Below, in pieces: positions 1 through 11,337 of a DNA stretch of 64,000 nucleotides. Origin of the DNA: Azolla caroliniana (Eukaryota > Plantae > Polypodiophyta); the NCBI GenBank assembly GCA_043228905.1, contig JBHGNT010000008.1:14570001-14634000 (forward strand). The letters are read 5' to 3'. Position 1 is the stretch's first letter. The number at the start of each line of letters is the position of its first letter. The notes under the pieces are model-generated. The model was not told the origin of the DNA. It worked only from the letters and a program-made list of their open reading frames with translations, and did no database searches. The translations under genes were made by a program, and so were the position numbers.

Positions 1-750
1 CAAGCCTTCGTCACATGCTTGAGGGGGAGAATAAGCCGCGAAGAGCCGTGCAAAGGGCCATGCAACAAAACCGCGGAGAGCTGCGCAATGAGGCCGCGAA
101 GACGCGGAGAACCGCGCAACGAAGCCGCGAAGACGCGAAGAAAGCCGCGCAACACAGCCACGGAGAACCGTGCAACGAAGCCGCGAAGACGCGGAGAAAG
201 CCGCGCAACACCGCGAAGAAAGCCGCAAGCCGCACCGATGCCGACGAAGCCGAAGGAAGCTAAACCGGACGTTGGACGCCTCACACTTGAGCTTGAGGGG
301 GTGTGTTGAGATATCAAGCTCAACTAGTTTAATCTAGTTAGTCAACACATGTAACTTAGTAGTTACCTAGATCGAATCTAGCTATTGTGTTGACCTTAAG
401 CCTTTAAATAGGACCTTGTACTTAAGTGGGATATTTTAGATCCTCCACTCCTTAGTACATTTAATGTAGGACTTACACATAAGTACCTATGTTCTACCCA
501 CACATGTGCACCTTTACACATGGGTTGTATATATACCTCATTGTGGGTATTTTTGTATGTTGATGACACTTTTCAATATAGTCAATCATCCCCCATTTAT
601 CTTTGTGTTCAAGTGTAACTTCCTCTCTCTCTCTCTCTCTCTCTTCCTCTCACACACTCTCACGTGCATATCATACTAATCTTCCGCTGCTTAACGTAAC
701 CATATAATTAGTCTCTAATTAACCCTAGTTAATTACCTAATTACTTAACA
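1..750 (+). mobile_element. 3' end of a Ty1/copia LTR retrotransposon (repetitive 3' internal region, PPT, 3' LTR 304-750)
   Basis: CTTGAGCTTGAGGGGG PPT at ~286-301, the same as the PPT of the copia elements at 10.6 and 40.7 kb. It is followed by TGTTGAG...CTTAACA termini. Positions 1-260 are tandem CCGCGAAGACGCGGAGA-type repeats. Confidence 0.75.
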
Positions 751-1275
751 CAATACATACAACACATGCAATACACTACATATATGTACATACATATACA
801 CATCCCATACGTACAATGCATATGTATATACAATAGATACATCATGCAATTAATACAATACAATATGTACATACATATAGACTTACAAATGTACACATAT
901 CACATACATATATATACATGCAATACAGTACATATGCATGTATATATAGAATAGACAAGTTCACATATATAGACATGCATGTACACATACACATATGTAT
1001 ATAGAACATACACTCACATAACACACACATGCATATGCACATGCCATACCAATAATACATACAAATTACAATACATCATATGCACATGTAAAAACATATA
1101 CACACATAGCACATACATACATATGCACATGCCACACATATAATACATATAACACATGGAGTACAATACATACATATGCACATGTGTAGAGGATAACACA
1201 CACACAAATACATATACATATCCACATACGTAGACATGCACATGTATAGAACATACATATACACACAATATAACA
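751..1275. repeat. Low-complexity CA/TA-rich (ATAC/ACAC/ATGC) repeat
   Basis: Degenerate alternating purine-pyrimidine tract. A similar tract occurs at ~33340-33670. Confidence 0.85.
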
Positions 1276-1439
1276 CTCCTTTTAAAATGCATCTCAAAGT
1301 GATGCTAATTGTTTTTAAAAAAACGGGGGAAGATTACATAAGTGATGTGTTTTAGTAAAAAGTGGAGGGAAAAAAGGAGAGAGAGGGAGAGAGAGACTCT
1401 TCGTTTCCTCCCCTACCCCCTCCCCATATTGAAGCTTCC

Positions 1440-1917
1440 ATGGCCTCTATGATCTCAAGTATCGTTGCTTCGTCGGAGGTCTCGCGTGGACCACCGATGA
1501 TCGTAGCCTTATTGACGCCTTTCGATTCTTTGGCGAAGTTGTCAACTCCAAGGTTATCAATGACCGTGAAACGATACGATCATGAGGCTTTGGTTTTGTG
1601 ACATTCTCCGATGAGCAAGCGATGACAGATGCAATTGAGTCAATGAATGGAAAAGAGCTGGATGGAAAGAACATTATTGTGAACCAAGCTCAAGCAAGAT
1701 CGAGCGGGGGTGATGTAGGCTATCATTGAGGAGGTGGTTCACGATATGGAGATCATGAAGTTATGGTAGCAGGGGGAGATCAGATGGAGGAAAGGGTGGT
1801 AGTTGCAATGGCTATAATGATGCTAATGGTAGTGGAAGTGGTAGTAGCAATCGCTGTGGTGGAGGTAATAATAGGTATTGAAGCGGTGGCTCGTATTCAC
1901 AAAATTGGAGGAAGTAA
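1440..1917 (+). pseudogene. Processed pseudogene of a glycine-rich RNA-binding protein (GRP7/GRP8-type RRM plus Gly-rich tail)
   Basis: Conceptual translation MAS-(frameshift)-DLKYRCFVGGLAWTTDDRSL..AF..FGEVVNSKVINDRET.RS*GFGFVTFSDEQAM.DAIESMNGKELDGKNIIVNQAQAR shows RNP2 and RNP1. A degenerate GGN tail ends NWRK*. There is no intron at the SK|IINDRE position. Frameshift and stops are present. Confidence 0.9.
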
Positions 1918-2104
1918 ACAAAATACACACTTTATAGACTTTTGTTTGTAAATTGAGTATTGACTTCCTTTTTGCTTTAGTTACTCGAGACGTTTTGTTT
2001 CACTCTAACACTTGTGCTATGGTGATGGGAAAAAAGTTGATATGCTCTAAAGAGATGATTCCATAAAGACAGAGAAAGAGAGAGACAGGGAGAAAGAAAG
2101 GTAT

Positions 2105-3928
2105 ATATTAACGTCTTCTAAGGCCAAAATTGGCCCATGAGACAACTGGTTTACAACAAAAATGGGATATTTACCCATTCATCGAAAGTAAAAATAAAAT
2201 AAAATAAAATAAAAAATAGAGCTTAAGCTAAATAGTTCTAGTAAAATAACAAACATGTTCTATAAAAAACATGTTCTACAATGAAATGGCTTTATATAGG
2301 CCTAGTTTCATTTCCATCCAAGTCTCTCGAAAAGAAGCGGGAGGTCAAAGGGTTTCAATGTGGATGTGGCCCGTGGTCCCAATGTAAAAGGTACCCTAAC
2401 CATAGGTTTTAGTCAACGTAGCTCACGTTCCCTTATCTTCTTAATCGTTTCTACTTCACGTCGAGTTGTTTTGAAGCCCAACATCCGAGGGAGGCCAAGT
2501 GGCGTAAGTGTATCCACATTCTTCGTCTCCCCGTGTTCCTGAAAAATTACACTAGTTACATGTTGATAAATATGGTTAACACTTTGTAATTTATTCTCCC
2601 TATGTTATTTTAGCTCTAAGATATGCCTACCTAGTCTCTTTATATCCGGGGTATCTAATAGTTTGGAGAGGGTGGGCAAGGGTCCTAATATGTCTTGGTA
2701 TTCCGCCCTTATCTCGGCATAAGTTGCACACTTGCATGTAAACTGATACTCATCCTCTATCTCTATGTCACATAACCTACACAGCCTTTCCTCTCTAGGG
2801 ACTCTATTAGCCCAACCATTCTCAATCTTAAATTGGTGAGATGATATCCTAAGTTTTCCAATGGCCACCCTTAGTGCATTTGATAAGAATGTATCTAGAT
2901 ATCTTGATCATGTAATAAAACCTAACTTAGAGAAGTGCAAGAAGTGTTCCTTATAGTACAACATTTTAGATGGGAGTGGCTGTCGTGGGGTAATCCATTT
3001 ATATCGGGTGTAAATTTGCCATATTTCTTGGCGTATTACTTTATTAAGGTCTTCATGAGAGATTAAGGTTTGATCAATCCCATGGTTGTACTTAAGGGGA
3101 GGTAGGTTATTTATGTCTATGCCATTTGCAAGTAACCAACTTACTACAATGGTATACCAAGAGCTAGTGTCTCCAGACACATATAGGATCAACATGCCTC
3201 GAAGGCTCGATGGGATATCCTATCTTGTGGTTGGCTATGTATCCGATGAATAAAAACTACCACTTGGAAAAGTGCTTCTACTAACATCAGGGGAAAACTA
3301 AACTCTGTTGTAATAATGTCATGTGATACAGTCGATTTGCTTCGGAGTTGACGTGATAACATCGTCACGAAAGTCTCTCTAATTGCGTTCACATAAAAGA
3401 TGGTAGACATGGAGCCCATACTACTGATGCATACATGAGGGAAGGGGTCACTAATGAGTCGAAGAGTTGGCATCCCTTAGTCCATGGCTCTTGAAAGAAT
3501 GCCTGGTGATATTGTCTCTCTAAGAGTGAGAGGGATGCATACCCTCTCGTTAGCCTATCTTTGGTTGCCTAGGTCATTGAGAATTTACCTGAACGAGCAC
3601 TAAAAGTGACTCCCAAGTATACATACGATCCAACTACCTCAACTGGTTTATGAGAGAGGATTAGGTGACATTTACTCCTAACTCGGGACGATGTATGAAA
3701 GATAAGGACTTTAGTTTTCGCTAGATTCACTACCAGTCCTCATTGTGTGCAAAAGTCATCTAGGGCATTAAGATGCTTTTGTAGGTCATGTTCAGACTCT
3801 GAGAGCAAGACGATGTCATCTACGTAGCGTATGAGACTAACTTGTGTACCCCCATTGGCTACTCCATTGCCTCCCTTACGAGCAATAAAATCAATGAACT
3901 CATCAATGTAGATCCCAAAAAGAGACCG
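2105..3928 (-). mobile_element. Non-LTR retrotransposon (RTEX/RTE-like LINE), 3' part: RT C-terminus and Zn-finger, degenerate
   Basis: LFGIYID..., YVDDIVLL (YADD box) and the C-terminal ERLCRLC..EDEYQF..KC..Y.EIR motif; many stops and frameshifts. Confidence 0.85.
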
Positions 3929-4681
3929 TGTCGTGCCTTTTGGCGTCGGATCGTTGCATGAGTCGGGCGGGAACCGCAAGGGTTTTGGACTAGGAGGAGG
4001 AAGAATTTGAGACGAATCTAGTTATGAGTAGATTTTAAGAAAGAGATATAAGAAACCTCGTGAATCCCACGAGTATAATGTATTTTATTAGATTAATCAA
4101 TATTACGATAAGAATATGAATTTAGATTGAAAGAGAGAGATATAAAAACCTCGTGAATCCCACCAGTATAGTTTATTTCGTGAGTCTCACGAATATAATT
4201 GATTAATTGGTGTTTTTAGAAATATATCTAATTTCAAAGTTTTCACACTTATTACATTGTGCTCCCCATCCTTATATAGTGATGAGAGAGTCTAAGCAAT
4301 CTATGCTTTTTCTATCAATAGATTATATGCGTTTTCTAACATGCTTCTTCTAAAAGTGATCTTGCTTTTTCTAACCTGATGCATTTTTATCGACTATATT
4401 GTTTATGCACGCTAGATTTAACTTTTTTCTATCATGCGTTTTTCTTCTCACTAAAGCTTTTCCTAGAAAATATACGTGAACTTACCTTTCTATATGGGAT
4501 ATCTATTTTTTAACGCTTATGATGTGTTAGTATAATGGTAAGGCTTCAAATTATTAACATGGAGATACACGGTTAGAATCTTGCCCTATGCATGTTATGT
4601 ATATTTTTTTCTTTTTCTTCATATTTATTCAATCGGTTATTTTATACGTTTTTCACATAGTGTACATAATACACTACGACA
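3929..4681 (-). mobile_element. Solo LTR of the tRNA-Trp-primed gypsy-like family, inserted in the LINE RT
   Basis: TGTCGT...ACGACA termini, homologous to the LTRs at 52014-52764 and 55095. 4-bp TSD ACCG/ACGG. Removing it restores QGCPLSP-SLFG. Confidence 0.85.
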
Positions 4682-4792
4682 ACGGTGATAGGGGGCAACC
4701 CTGTTTTACACCAATGGTGCTGGTGAAACAATCAGATAGGCCACCTGGGCATCTTACGCGAGGCTTGCTCATACAGGGCATAAATGGCCCAA
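4682..4792 (-). mobile_element. Middle fragment of the same LINE RT
   Basis: Reads ..TIGVKQGCPLSP on the minus strand and joins EIPNDMIW at ~30115 to AIYALYEQ at ~4790. Confidence 0.85.
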
Positions 4793-5274
4793 TGTCATGA
4801 TATATCAAGACTCGAACCGATGGCCTTATGTTACATGGGTTGAGCTCTTGACCATTAGATTATATATTGTAATACAAACGATATTATTTTCATTTAAGTT
4901 TTACAATAGAAAATTGATGTGTATTCTAGATATCTTTGGAACATTCTAGAAACTTCAGGAGTACTCCTGAGAACACTATAAAAGGAGGCACAAGGAATTA
5001 TTTCGAACCAAATCAGTTCAACGCTAGTCTTAAGCCTCCTAACTACTATTGTATATTCTCTTAACATAATATATATCTTTTGTTATCATCATTCTCTCCC
5101 TCTCTCACTCTCACTCACTCTTTCCTTCTCCCGAGAATTCTACATCTCCCTTAGTACTAATCCTCATCTTTTAGTACTAATTCTTTTTCTGTCTTAGTAC
5201 TGTTCCTGACAGTACTTCTCTATCTTAGTACTACTCTTGATAGTTTGAACCAATTTGGTTGTCTCCTTCATTCT

Positions 5275-8200
5275 TGAATAAGCTTGAGCCAGTGAGCGAG
5301 ACGGATCGGTGAGCACCTGGTGAGCAAAAGAGCCGGTGAGCTGGGGAGCCGGTTAGCCAGATCCATCAGTAACCGGAAGCCCAGTCACAGCTAGACTACT
5401 AGGCAGTTATTACTCTCCTAGTTAGTGTCAGACGCTCGAGTGAGCATTGAAGTACACCGTAATTCTGTTAGTCCGTATGGACTTGTATAAAAGTGTTCGC
5501 TAAACACATACGATGTACAGAGCATTGATATAATTTTCAAATAGAGATTCTTGTTCTCTCTCTCTGTCTCTCCCGCGTACTGTTAAGCTCTCCATTAAAC
5601 CCGTTCTCTGTTTTTTGTTTCTTATTGCTTCCGCATGTTATTTGTTTTTACATGGTATTAGAGTGCGAGGGTTGAGAACCTCTACAACCGACATTCGCTT
5701 TCGCAAGAAGAAAACCTAAACTTTGTAAAGAACGGAAGGAAAAAAAAAAACAATGGATAGAGGAATGGCTAGCTCGCTTCCGGTGGAGAAGCTCGACCGA
5801 TCCAACTACGCATCTTGGTCATACAAGATGCACCAGTACCTGCTTGGGCATGGCTATTGGAGCTATGTCGATGGAGCTAACGACACAACACTTGATGCGG
5901 CACACAAGGACTTCCCGATGTGGGAACAATCAGCAAGCAGAGTGATGTAATGCTTTGCGTCCAGTGTCGGAGACCAGGTGCTGAGCCACATCCGAGATGC
6001 CAAGAGACCGAAAAGGGTTTGAGGAAACTTGAAGAAGGTGTTCGCCGCAAGCACCACAACCCGGAAGCTGCAACTCCGACAAGAGTTGAGCAATGTCTGA
6101 TAGAAGGACATGTCGGAGGCTGATTACACGACCCGAATCAAAGAGATCTGTGAACCGCTTGCCTCTATCAACGTCACTATAGAGGAAGATGAGATGGTAC
6201 AGATCTGTCTTGGGGCCCTGGCGTCTAAGTTCCGAGCTTTCCGGATAGCAGTATGTACGAGGGAGAATATGTCGTCATTTTTCAACTTACAGTCGATGCT
6301 CCTTGTAGAGGAGAACCACGCCGGTGCGTCAACAAGTGCACCCACTGATAGCCGGATGTTGTACACAGAGACGGATCGGCCCCGTGGGTGTGGTGGACAA
6401 GGCAGGTCGGCACGCAATGGAGGCGGCCGACAAGGGCAAGACCGACGACATAGAGACCATGCCGACAGCATTTCCGGGACTTCCAAGGGCAGGGGGAGTG
6501 AAGGTGGTGCCGGAGGCCGGCAAGACAAATCTGGCACGGAATGTTGGTACACTAGCAAAAAGGGACACAGAGAAAGCGAATGTTGGAAGAAGCACGCCGA
6601 TTTGGACAGATCTGGATCCGGCAAAACCGGTTGGGAGAATCGGCAAATTTCGCACTACGCGCAAGGATCAAAAGGATTCGGAACCGGGAAGACCGGTAAG
6701 GGGCTACCCTTGGTGATGAAGCACGAGGCAAACTCGATGAAGAAGACCACTTCCAAATCGGAGGAAGTGTGGTACGTTGATTCCGGTGTGTCAAATCACA
6801 TGACGAGCCACAAAGAGTGGTTCTCCTTCATATAGAAACCGGAACAACCGGGAGTTGTCGAAACCGGACACGACACTCCTCACCCAATCGTGCATGTCGG
6901 AGAAACTCCCCTGAGCCACGTCGGACAGAGGGGGAAGCTGATGAACGTATTACACGTTTTGACCATCATGAAGAACTTGGTGTCGGTCAGACAGATCGTC
7001 GACCAGGGAATGCACGTTCGGTTTACGCACCTTGGGTGCTTCATTGAGGAGGAGGGCCAGATTATCGCGCAAGGGCGCAGAGATGGGAGGATGTTCATCC
7101 TCGACACCAATGACATTGGCACGGCCTTGTTCGCCAAAGGACAGAAGGTCGAATCAGACATCGTCTTGTGGCACAAGCGGATCGGCCACGTCAATTACCG
7201 AAGGCTTCAAGACCTGCAGACGAAACAAGTTGTTTTCGGTTTGCCGAAGTTCAGTGGCCGGAAGGCCCAAGTATGCGAAGCCTACCAACTTGGGAAGCAA
7301 CACCGGCTTCCATTCCCCGCCAAACAAAACCGTAGCCGTAACAAGCTCGACCTTATTCATTCGGATGTATGGGACCGACACAAAACGTGAGTCTTGGCGG
7401 GAGTCGATACTTCGTCTCCTTCATCGATGACTATAGCCGACACACATGGATCTACCGCATTGAGCCGAAGAGCAAAGTCTTCGATTGTTTCCGGAACCTC
7501 CAGAGCATGGTGGAACGGGAATGAGAGAGGAAGATCAAGTGCTTGCGTTCAGATGGCGGAACAGAATATTTTTCCGGCCAATTCAACAGTTATCTGCAAC
7601 AAACAGGAATTCGGAGAGAGTTTAGCTGCAAATATACACTGAAGCAAAACGGTGTGGCCGAAAGGAAGAATCAGTCGCTTGTCAACGCGGCAAGGGCAAT
7701 GCTGGAAGAGAAGAGCATGCCCCATTTCTACTAGGCGGAGGCGGTCCGGACGGTCGTCTACATCCAAAACCGGATTGGTGACAAGGTGTCCGCGCAAGCT
7801 GAATTTGAGACACCTTCAGATTTTCAGCAGCATAACATATGTGCATGTGCTAGATGAGTAGCGGAGGAAGTTGGATGCATAATCGGAGAAGTGCATCCTC
7901 GTTGGCTACTCACATGAGCAAAAGGGGTATAAGTGTTATAAGCCCCAGACGAACCAAGTCCGAGTTAGCCGCGATGTTGAGTTTGATGAGACGACATCAT
8001 GGTATGCCTTACCAGCTCCGACTTATGACCCCGACCTGATACCGGAGGATGAGGCTAGTGAGCCTCAACCGGTCCAAATAGAAGATGATGACTCCGGGAC
8101 TCAAGAAGAGAGTTCGGAATCGTTTCGGTTGAGTGGGCCAAACGAGGGACTGGGTCAATCCGACTAGTCAGAAGAAGAACCGGCGAGTAGTGAAGACTTT

Positions 8201-10997
8201 GTCATGCTCTCCCCGCGCATGGAACCGAGGAGACGGTTCACGCGCAAAGAGAAGGGGAAGAAGAAGATGCCAGATTATGAAACCAGTAATGATGAGTCGG
8301 ATCAGAGCGGATCCGACTCCAGAAAGGAAAATGACGGTTCTTCGGCACCGAAGACCGAACTGGCCAAGAAGGGCCTCAAACCGGGTAACAGTAGGTTGCG
8401 CGGGTCAACCCGCCAGAAGAAACTTGTTAAGCGGTACGGGTACAATGAGTACATGCCACATCACTATGCGTACATGACCAAGGTGGTGGAAGTGCGTGAG
8501 CCAGAGAGCTACGCAAAAGCGGCAAAGGATGCACATTGGCATGCCGCTATGGAAGAAGAGATGCGGGCACTTGATGCCAATGATACATGGGACTTGGTTG
8601 ACCCTCCCCATCACAATAAACCAATCGGATGCAAGTGGGTGTACAAGGTAAAGTACAACGTCGACGATTCAGTTAACCGGTACAAGGCCCGGTTAGTAGC
8701 GAAGAGATACGCACAGACCCACGGAATCGACTATGACGAGACCTTCGCTCCAATATCAAAGATGACGACGGTTTGTGTGGTATTGGTGGTTGCTGCGGCA
8801 AGGTGGTGACATCTTCACCAGATGGATGTGAAGAATGCATTTCTTCAAGGAGATACTGAAGAAGAGGTCTTTATGATACAACCCCCTAGTTTCCAGACGA
8901 AGATGAACAAGTCGGCGGTATGCCGGGTAAAGAGCTCACTTTATGGCCTAAAGCAAGCCCCCCGAGCTTGGAATGCGAAGATCACGCACCGGTTACGTAA
9001 GATGGGGTTTGCGGCCTCCAAGTCCGACTCTTCGTTATTCATCCGGCAAGGTCCAAACGGTTCGGTTTGCATCTTCTTGTACGTTGATGATCTGGTCATC
9101 ACCGGACCCGGACTCGATGAAATCAGCCGAGTCAAGTCCCAGTTGTCGGATGCGTTTGAGATGAAGGACCTGGGGGACCTTCACTATTTCCTTGGGATCG
9201 AGGTGGTCCGAACCCCCAACGGCATATTGCTCTCACAAAGGCATTATGTGTTGAATATGTTGTACAAGTTCGGCATGACGGAATGCCGACCTATATCTAC
9301 TCCCCTGGACAGGAACCAGATGCTCCGTCCCGACTCCGAACCAGCCTGCGATGAGAAACGGTTCCGACAAATTGTCAGAAGCCTTATATATTTGATAGTC
9401 ACCCGACCCGACATCAGCTATCGAGTCGGTGTGATTAGCCAATTCATGCAGAAGCGGACCGTAGAGCATCTTCAGTGCGCGCACCGAATACTGCGGTATG
9501 TGAGCAGCACGAAGGACCGGGGCCTGTTATACGAGTGCGGTATAACCGAAGTGCTGGACAGTTACATGTTTTCCCTAGGTAGCATGGCTGTTGCGTGGAG
9601 CAGCAAAAAGCAGCCAACAGTTGCTATGTCGAGCACTGAGGCTGAGTATCGGGGCGCTACCATTGCCACCTGTGAAGCCATTTGGCTTCGACGACTGTTG
9701 TAGGACCTACGGATCGAGGTACTGACCCCGATTTTGATCTACTGCGACAACATAAGCAGCATGTAGCTCACCAAGAACCCCGTATTCCATGCTCGCACAA
9801 AGCACATAGAAGTGCACTATCACTTCGTGTGTTAGCATGTCTTGAGCGGTGAGGTCGAACTTCAGTATGTTCACACGGATCGGCAAGTTGCCGACATCTT
9901 CACTAAACCACTCGGATCAGAAAAATTGCAGCACTTCACTAAAATGCTTGGTGTTCAGCATCTCGATGTGCCACAATTGAGGGGGAGAACGGGCAAAGAC
10001 ACCGGAACGGGCAAAGGCAAAGAGACTGCCGATTGCGCCGGTGAGGGAAGAACCGACAAAGGAAGAGTCATGAAGAAGAAAGGAGCCGAGTCGACAAAGG
10101 AAGTCAACACATCCGAACAAGTCGGAACAAGCAGCAGCGGTGGCAGAGTCAAGAAGGACAGAGCCGACCGGAAGAAGAAGGCCAAGACCCGGACATGGTC
10201 CGATGTGGTGAAGGGCCTGGAATTGGAAGACGAATCGGGAGCAACCGATTCGGACAAGAGCTGGAACGAATCGGAGACAATGGATTCGGTTCGACAGACA
10301 GATTTGGAAGAACCGGATCAATTCAAGGCCAAGAGGACGAGAAGGCAGCGAAAGTCGATGCCAACACGAAGGAATCGGCAAACCGGCACGCGTCAAAGTC
10401 ACAACAACGAGGGAGATAAATTGGGCCTGTTGAACAGACAAGCCGACCGAGGAGGTCGAGGTGCGCAGAACAAGAGGGGTCGCGGAAAATAGAACCGGAC
10501 CGAACGAGGAGCGCGAGCAAGGCAGAGTGACGCCAGAAGGTGCCGGGCAGAAGGACTGGTTGCCACAGATGTTGACACTACGACCGGACCTCAAGTTGAG
10601 CTTGAGGGGGAGTGTTGAGCGACAAGCTCAATTGGAGCCGGATCGGCTGAATAAGCCTGAGCCGGTGAGCAAAAGAGCCGGTGAGCTGGGGAGCCGGTTA
10701 GTCGGATCCATCAGTAACCGGAAGCCTAGTAGCAGCTAGACTACTAGGGAGTTATTACTCTTGTAGTTAGTGTCAAACGCTCGAGTGAGCATTGAAGTAC
10801 ACCGTACTTCTGTCAGTCCATATGGACTTGTATAAAAGTGTTCGCTGAACACATACAATGTACAAAGCATTGATATAATTTTTAAATAGAGATTCTTGTT
10901 CTCTCTCTCTGTCTCTCTCACGTACTGTTAAGCTCTCCATTAAACTCGTTCTCTGTTTTCTGTTTCTTATTGCTTCCGCACGCTATTTGTTTTTACA
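5275..10997 (+). mobile_element. Ty1/copia LTR retrotransposon (degenerate), nested in the chromovirus 5' UTR
   Basis: 5' LTR 5275-5652 (first ~35 nt missing), PBS TGGTATTAGAG (tRNA-iMet), 3' LTR 10613-10997, TSD ATTCT/CTTCT. Domain order gag, zinc knuckle, PR (WYVDSG), INT (HSDVW, RSDGG), RT (MDVKNAFL, YVDD), RNase H. Confidence 0.95.
5753..10492 (+). pseudogene. copia gag-pol polyprotein, disrupted by stops and frameshifts
   Basis: ORF fragments 5753, 6110, 6890, 7543, 8204, 8822 and 9842 carry copia domains in canonical order. Confidence 0.9.
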
Positions 10998-11337
10998 CTT
11001 CTCTTCCTTTAACACCGGGTCATTTGAAACAGGTAATATGTCGCATTATGAGAACACTACATCGAAAAAGGGCACAAAAGCACACAGTTTTCAAAAAGAC
11101 ACGACGCATGCGTAAAGCTTTTCAGAAAAGGTGGCAAAATATATTGAATTTCAACATGACTACCACTTTGAGTCATAAGTAAAATGCCTCCAAAAATACA
11201 TCACCAAAATTACAAAATAATGTACAACATGTCTACCAGTTACAATTATACATATTCGTGAGTTTACATCCAAAAAAAATTTACAAAGTTTCCGATCATG
11301 TAGTAAAACAATCCCCAGCTTGAACCAAACCAATATA

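Noticed and set aside
766-1297. Overlapping Cys/Met/Tyr/His-rich ORFs
   Set aside because: Translation artefacts of the CA/TA low-complexity repeat.
9917-10594. Long antisense ORFs over TE coding regions (also 48511-49254 and 53017-53685)
   Set aside because: Shadow frames of GC-balanced or repetitive TE coding sequence with no independent domain.
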